NCBI GenBank assembly: GCA_016183535.1
Contig: JACPEK010000003.1
Span: 327 to 64,326, forward strand
Source of the DNA: Candidatus Brennerbacteria bacterium
GTDB taxonomy: Bacteria > Patescibacteriota > Minisyncoccia > UBA6257 > GWB1-50-10
Direction: 5' to 3'
DNA length: 64,000 bases
The notes beneath the pieces were generated by a model. It saw nothing but the letters and a program-made list of their open reading frames with translations, did not search any database and had not been told where the DNA came from. A program made the position numbers and the translations under genes. Shown here one piece after another: positions 60,100 to 64,000 of this stretch (within the stretch, counting starts at the first letter, position 1; each line of letters starts with the position of its first letter).

Positions 60100-60357
60100 A
60101 TGGCAGGAAAAGCGAATTCCGCGTTCATGAAGCCGATGCAGGTAGATGAAGTGCTTGCGGCAGTGGTCGGTGAGGGCCCGATGCCTCGCTCCGAGGTGGT
60201 AAAGAAGCTCTGGGAGTACATCAAGAAGCACAACCTCCAGGACCCCTCGAACAAGCGGAACATCAACGCCGACGCGAAGCTGAAGGAGGTGTTCGGCGGG
60301 AAGGCAACGGTCAACATGTTCGAGATGACCAAGTTGGTCTCGAACCACCTTTCCTAG
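60100..60357 (+). CDS. SWIB/MDM2-domain protein
   Basis: MPRSEVVKKLWEYIKKHNLQDPSNKRNINAD...MFEMTKLVSNHL. Confidence 0.92.
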   Translation: MAGKANSAFMKPMQVDEVLAAVVGEGPMPRSEVVKKLWEYIKKHNLQDPSNKRNINADAKLKEVFGGKATVNMFEMTKLVSNHLS

Positions 60358-60372
60358 CGAACAACGTCTGGA

Positions 60373-60408
60373 AACAAAAACAGTCGCCTGAGGCGACTGT
60401 TTTTTGTT
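60373..60408. terminator. Bidirectional terminator
   Basis: aacaaaaacagtcgcc-tga-ggcgactgttttttgtt. Confidence 0.8.
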
Positions 60409-60411
60409 CGG

Positions 60412-60678
60412 TCACTTGTCTTTCTTCGGCGGCCCCCAATTCCAGTACGGTTTTTCTCCCTTCCAGTAACCGAAAGTGAATATAAGCGCGATCATGAGGA
60501 GAAAGCCCAAGAGTGCCGCGCCGGGAGCGTCATCGGTGTCTCCAATGTAAATACCAGCGATAAGAATGGTGATGCCGATGGCCACCACAAGCCAGCCCTG
60601 CCACCTCACCGGCACCCACCCCTGCCTGCCGGCAGGCAGGCCCAGCCCGTACCACCGCGCCTTAAACCAAAACCCCAA
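60412..60678 (-). CDS. Small two-TM membrane protein carrying an LPAGRQG insertion
   Basis: WFKARWYGLG...WQGW, two TMs, KGEKPYWNWG; start uncertain. Confidence 0.7.
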   Translation of the reverse strand: MGFWFKARWYGLGLPAGRQGWVPVRWQGWLVVAIGITILIAGIYIGDTDDAPGAALLGFLLMIALIFTFGYWKGEKPYWNWGPPKKDK

Positions 60679-60815
60679 CTTCGAGTTCAGTATGGGCGGG
60701 AGGCGACGCTCAAGAAAGCGGGGTGAACGTCTTTGTAGAATGGCCCATTCATAACTTAATTTTATAAAACGAAACCCCCTTGATTGAAGGGGGTTCGCCT
60801 GCGGTTGGCTCGGAA

Positions 60816-61640
60816 CTATATGGCATTCGTTCCCTTTCTCATTTTCCTTACCGCGAACAGAGCCGCCACAATAACGACCACGACGGCAGCGATGGTTCCT
60901 GCGGTCGTGAAAGACCCCGCTCCGCTCTGTTTCCCCAACACCTTGGCCAATATTGCCTTGTCGACGAGTCCCTGCACCGCCTGTTTCACCTTGAGCGGCT
61001 GGCCATTCGAAAGGCGCACGTTCGGCATATCGAGGATGAGACCATACGACGTCGTGTACTCACCGGTGAGCAGATCGATTTCACCGACGACGGGATCTTC
61101 CGGATCTATGGTGATCGTAATGGGACCCGTTTCGGCCTGTCCGTTCAAAATATCGAAAGACGGCAGCTTGATAGTCGACTGCGTAGCCGTGAAAGTGGCC
61201 TTGCGGGGAGCGTCCCAATCGTCGACCTTCAGGTCGGAGGTAAACTGTATGTCTTCGGGAAGCGTGACGCTTTGCACGCCGAACGCTTCACGCGCCGGAG
61301 ACAAGAAGGTCAAGCCGACCGTATTTGTCCGAGGATCTATCGCGCCGGTCGTCTGCAGAACGCCCGTGGACGGGATCTTCTTCACATCCACTTTTATGGT
61401 GCCCTTTTCATCGTTTTTAACGCTGTAAGAAACGGCGGCGCCGGCCTCGACGTGAAGTCTATAGATGGTCCCGTCTTTCTTGGTGATCTCGATATCCGCC
61501 GGTCCGGTGACGGTGATGCTCTCTTCGCTCTTGCTTTCAATCCCACCCACTACGGAGACGTTGGTACTTTGCGCAAACACGCCCTGGGCGGGGAATAAAA
61601 GCGCCGCGCAGAGGACAAAAACCATAAAACGAATTTTCAT
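60816..61640 (-). CDS. Secreted protein with C-terminal membrane anchor
   Basis: Signal peptide VFA-Q, C-terminal TM + basic tail. Confidence 0.7.
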   Translation of the reverse strand: MKIRFMVFVLCAALLFPAQGVFAQSTNVSVVGGIESKSEESITVTGPADIEITKKDGTIYRLHVEAGAAVSYSVKNDEKGTIKVDVKKIPSTGVLQTTGAIDPRTNTVGLTFLSPAREAFGVQSVTLPEDIQFTSDLKVDDWDAPRKATFTATQSTIKLPSFDILNGQAETGPITITIDPEDPVVGEIDLLTGEYTTSYGLILDMPNVRLSNGQPLKVKQAVQGLVDKAILAKVLGKQSGAGSFTTAGTIAAVVVVIVAALFAVRKMRKGTNAI

Positions 61641-61838
61641 CGTATTATCATTTACTCTTTAACGTTCGACCTTTTATGCTCTCAACACTACTTTTGAAAG
61701 GTTTCCCATTCCCCGAGTCCGCGCATGACGCTGGAGTTCCTATTTATCTTCATCTTTTTCATTATATCATCCGCTTGCTCCCGAATTAAAACCTTCGCAA
61801 ACTTTTGAAATCATTTTGCCAAATCTGATACACAAATC

Positions 61839-61985
61839 CAAAAAGCGAAACCTGAAATGATGCGCCCCGCCACAATTTTTCTGGGGCAAAGGAGGCGGGG
61901 CGACGGTCTCGCCCGCGCGGAGGAGGGGTCTGGGGAGGAATCCGCGCGGGCTTCGGCTTTCTTTTTTGAAAAAATCGGCGGCTAC
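61839..61985. repeat. Long inverted repeat, left arm
   Basis: Reverse complement of 63854-64000 with about 5 mismatches in 147 bp. Confidence 0.92.
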
Positions 61986-62551
61986 TGTGAAAGAATTGCT
62001 TCTAGGATAACTGGCAATTCTTTTACCTCATCACCTCCACTAAAGTGTCCTTTAGCGTGTTCCACTACAGTTTTCGCGCCAAGCCGTTCCTCAAAAAGTT
62101 TTTTGTTTTCCTGTGGTACAACATCGTCATTGTCAGAGAAAACCGCAAAAAACTTTTTGGCATGTTGCTTCACTTTGGCAAAATCAATCGGCGTTTCCAA
62201 CCACGGCTTGGCGATTTCTTTTTCTTCATCGGTTTTCAAGTTCATCAAAGTGAACCAGCCAGCCACAAAAGTCGCACCTCCAACTTTTTTGTCGGCGGGC
62301 AGACTTTCCAAATATCGAAGAATGGTTTGGCAACCGATACTATGCCCGACAAAATAAGTATTCTCATCAACTTCGCCGACAATTTTGGAAAGGTGCGAAA
62401 CCCATGCTTCAATTTTCGGCTCCGCCGATTCCGGCATAGCCGGAACATGAACTTGAAAACCTTTTTTCCCTAACTCGGTTTTGAGCCACGGAAACCAACC
62501 CTCATCGGGGTAGCCGTCCCAGCCGTGGATTATGAAAGCTCGTTTAGTCAT
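61982..62551 (-). CDS. RBBP9/YdeN-family alpha/beta hydrolase
   Basis: IIHGWDG...WFPWL, GHSIG, SDNDDVVP, GHF. Confidence 0.9.
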   Translation of the reverse strand: MTKRAFIIHGWDGYPDEGWFPWLKTELGKKGFQVHVPAMPESAEPKIEAWVSHLSKIVGEVDENTYFVGHSIGCQTILRYLESLPADKKVGGATFVAGWFTLMNLKTDEEKEIAKPWLETPIDFAKVKQHAKKFFAVFSDNDDVVPQENKKLFEERLGAKTVVEHAKGHFSGGDEVKELPVILEAILSQ

Positions 62552-63009
62552 ATTTTTGAAAAATTACCATTTAGCATTATTGGCTTCATCCCCATAATTT
62601 CTTGCTTATAAGAAAGTTCAGAAGAAACGGAATTCAAAATATAAATCTTTTTCTTAAGATAAAATGCAACACCAATTTCAATCAAGGTATTTCCACCGAT
62701 ATATCCATCAATTCCTCTTTTTTCGTGATTGATAACTAAAATCCCGTCGCACCAATCAATCTTTTCATAATGATCATTGATTGCCCCCTCTTTCATATCC
62801 CAAATCTTGTGCTCTGCGGGGAAAGCGTCTATACCACCATTTTGTTCAATGTACTGACCAAAATAAACTTTTTTACCACCACCAAATTCTTGAGGCACCT
62901 CTAGGGCAAGTTCTGGTATTTTTACTTCATGCCCGTGTTTGACCAGTTCATCTCTGGCTGATTCCATTTCTTTATAAAACCCGATACTCCCGCAAATTGT
63001 TATTTTCAT
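62548..63009 (-). CDS. Hypothetical protein, nucleoside-deoxyribosyltransferase-like fold
   Basis: MKITICGS, HYEKIDWCDGILVIN, GYIGGNTLIEIGVAF. Confidence 0.65.
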   Translation of the reverse strand: MKITICGSIGFYKEMESARDELVKHGHEVKIPELALEVPQEFGGGKKVYFGQYIEQNGGIDAFPAEHKIWDMKEGAINDHYEKIDWCDGILVINHEKRGIDGYIGGNTLIEIGVAFYLKKKIYILNSVSSELSYKQEIMGMKPIMLNGNFSKI

Positions 63010-63015
63010 ATAAAT

Positions 63016-63550
63016 TTAGTAATGCTCTGGATTAAGAAGGTGTATCAGGGCAGTTATGACTGCTTGCTTACTATAGCCCTTTCTATCTAGCCGTCCTTTC
63101 GTGAGAGCACCTATCATTCCTTCTCTTTCACCAATATTTTCATCGTGAGAAAACCCGGCTTCTTTCGCGGCTTCATCAATCTCATAATCTTTACTGAAAA
63201 CTAAATCAATCATTGCCTTCGGATACTCAAAAGCCGATGACCCTCCAAGGTGAAAATTTTTGCCGTCATAAATGGCACACATAGTAATATTCATATATCC
63301 ACTTTTTGTGTTTGGAACTTCTATAAGCCCACTCTCTAAATCCAAAAGAAAGGTCGCAGTCCTTGAAAGCATTTTTTGCTCTATTCATCGCACCTTGCAC
63401 AGTTTGCTCCATGCTTTTTGGCTGTTTATGTACTCCTGAATCAACTGCCATAGCAATAACTTCTGCCGAAGAAAATTCTGGAAAATCCGAAAGGGCTTCC
63501 TCTACTGCCTGTACCTTAGTTATATTTTTTGATCCAACATTTACTTTCAT
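63016..63550 (-). pseudogene. yjjX: Inosine/xanthosine triphosphatase (YjjX-like), frameshifted
   Basis: VGSKNITKVQAV, SGVHKQP, GAMNRA in one frame; LESGL...GMIGALT..R in another; one extra T at about 63338-63340. Confidence 0.8.
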
Positions 63551-63557
63551 AAAAATT

Positions 63558-63776
63558 TTATTTAATCAAATCATCAATACTTATTCCTAATCCCTCGGCA
63601 ATCTTGGTTACGGTTTGGATTGACGGCTTCGTTATAACATTTGACTCAATCTTGGTAAGTGTTGTATAGGGAATATCGCATTTGCGAGCGAGTGCATCTT
63701 GTGTCAGCCCTTGCTTCATTCGCAATGCCTTTATTTTATCCCCTATTTCTTTTTCTTTACTTTGCTTGTTTTCCAT
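63558..63776 (-). CDS. XRE-family HTH regulator
   Basis: IKALRMKQGLTQDALA...LTKIES...PSIQTVTKIAEGL. Confidence 0.9.
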   Translation of the reverse strand: MENKQSKEKEIGDKIKALRMKQGLTQDALARKCDIPYTTLTKIESNVITKPSIQTVTKIAEGLGISIDDLIK

Positions 63777-63853
63777 AGTATGATAGTATAAGTATGAGCG
63801 TTGAAACTAACCCTCACAACTATACTAACATGAATTTAATCTTTTCTCAATTT

Positions 63854-64000
63854 GTAGCCGCCGATTTTTTCAAAAAAGAAAGTCAAAGCCCGCGCGGATT
63901 CCTCCCCAGACCCCTCCTCCGCGCAGGCGAGTCCGTCGCCCCGCCTCCTTTGCCCCAGAAAAATTGTGGCGGGGCGCATCATTTCAGATTTCGCTTTTTG
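63854..64000. repeat. Long inverted repeat, right arm (may extend beyond window)
   Basis: Reverse complement of 61839-61985. Confidence 0.92.

Noticed and set aside
61857-62357. 166-aa plus-strand ORF starting in the inverted repeat
   Set aside because: Composed of repeat sequence plus antisense of the YdeN hydrolase; no recognisable motif

Overview
Bacterial chromosomal window that looks like a Patescibacteria/CPR (Parcubacteria-type) genome; this is inferred from gene content, not a database result. The GC-rich backbone carries gatA/gatC, ligA, a full type IV pilus/competence cluster (minor and major pilins, prepilin peptidase, pilC/T/B/O/N/M, comF), gap, uvrA, uvrB, a MacAB-type ABC exporter, a CsoR-regulated copper ATPase operon, class II ribonucleotide reductase and several FN3/LTD surface proteins. 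The most striking feature is a ~13-kb array (19.35-32.25 kb). It starts with an intact signal-peptide beta-propeller gene ending in a Bacteroidota/Ignavibacteria-style T9SS type-A C-terminal domain (CTD). Four orphan, start-less, mosaic copies of that CTD follow, each with its own terminator hairpin. Each CTD/terminator unit is followed by a different accessory block: a nucleotide-enzyme/glycosyltransferase operon; NTase plus radical-SAM/peptide pair; a TA pair; DUF397 plus hydrolase; a second TA pair. The array is bracketed by a 166-bp direct repeat from the neighbouring FN3 gene, and no integrase is visible. A second intact CTD protein lies at 39.9-41.7 kb. Other notable items: a probable RiPP precursor plus radical SAM, recurrent short palindromes inserted in-frame in proteins (PAGG, LPAGRQG), heptamer micro-repeats, a beta-barrel-like secreted protein, and a 1.9-kb AT-rich cassette flanked by >=147-bp inverted repeats at the window end. 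No tRNA, rRNA, CRISPR array or reverse transcriptase was recognised.
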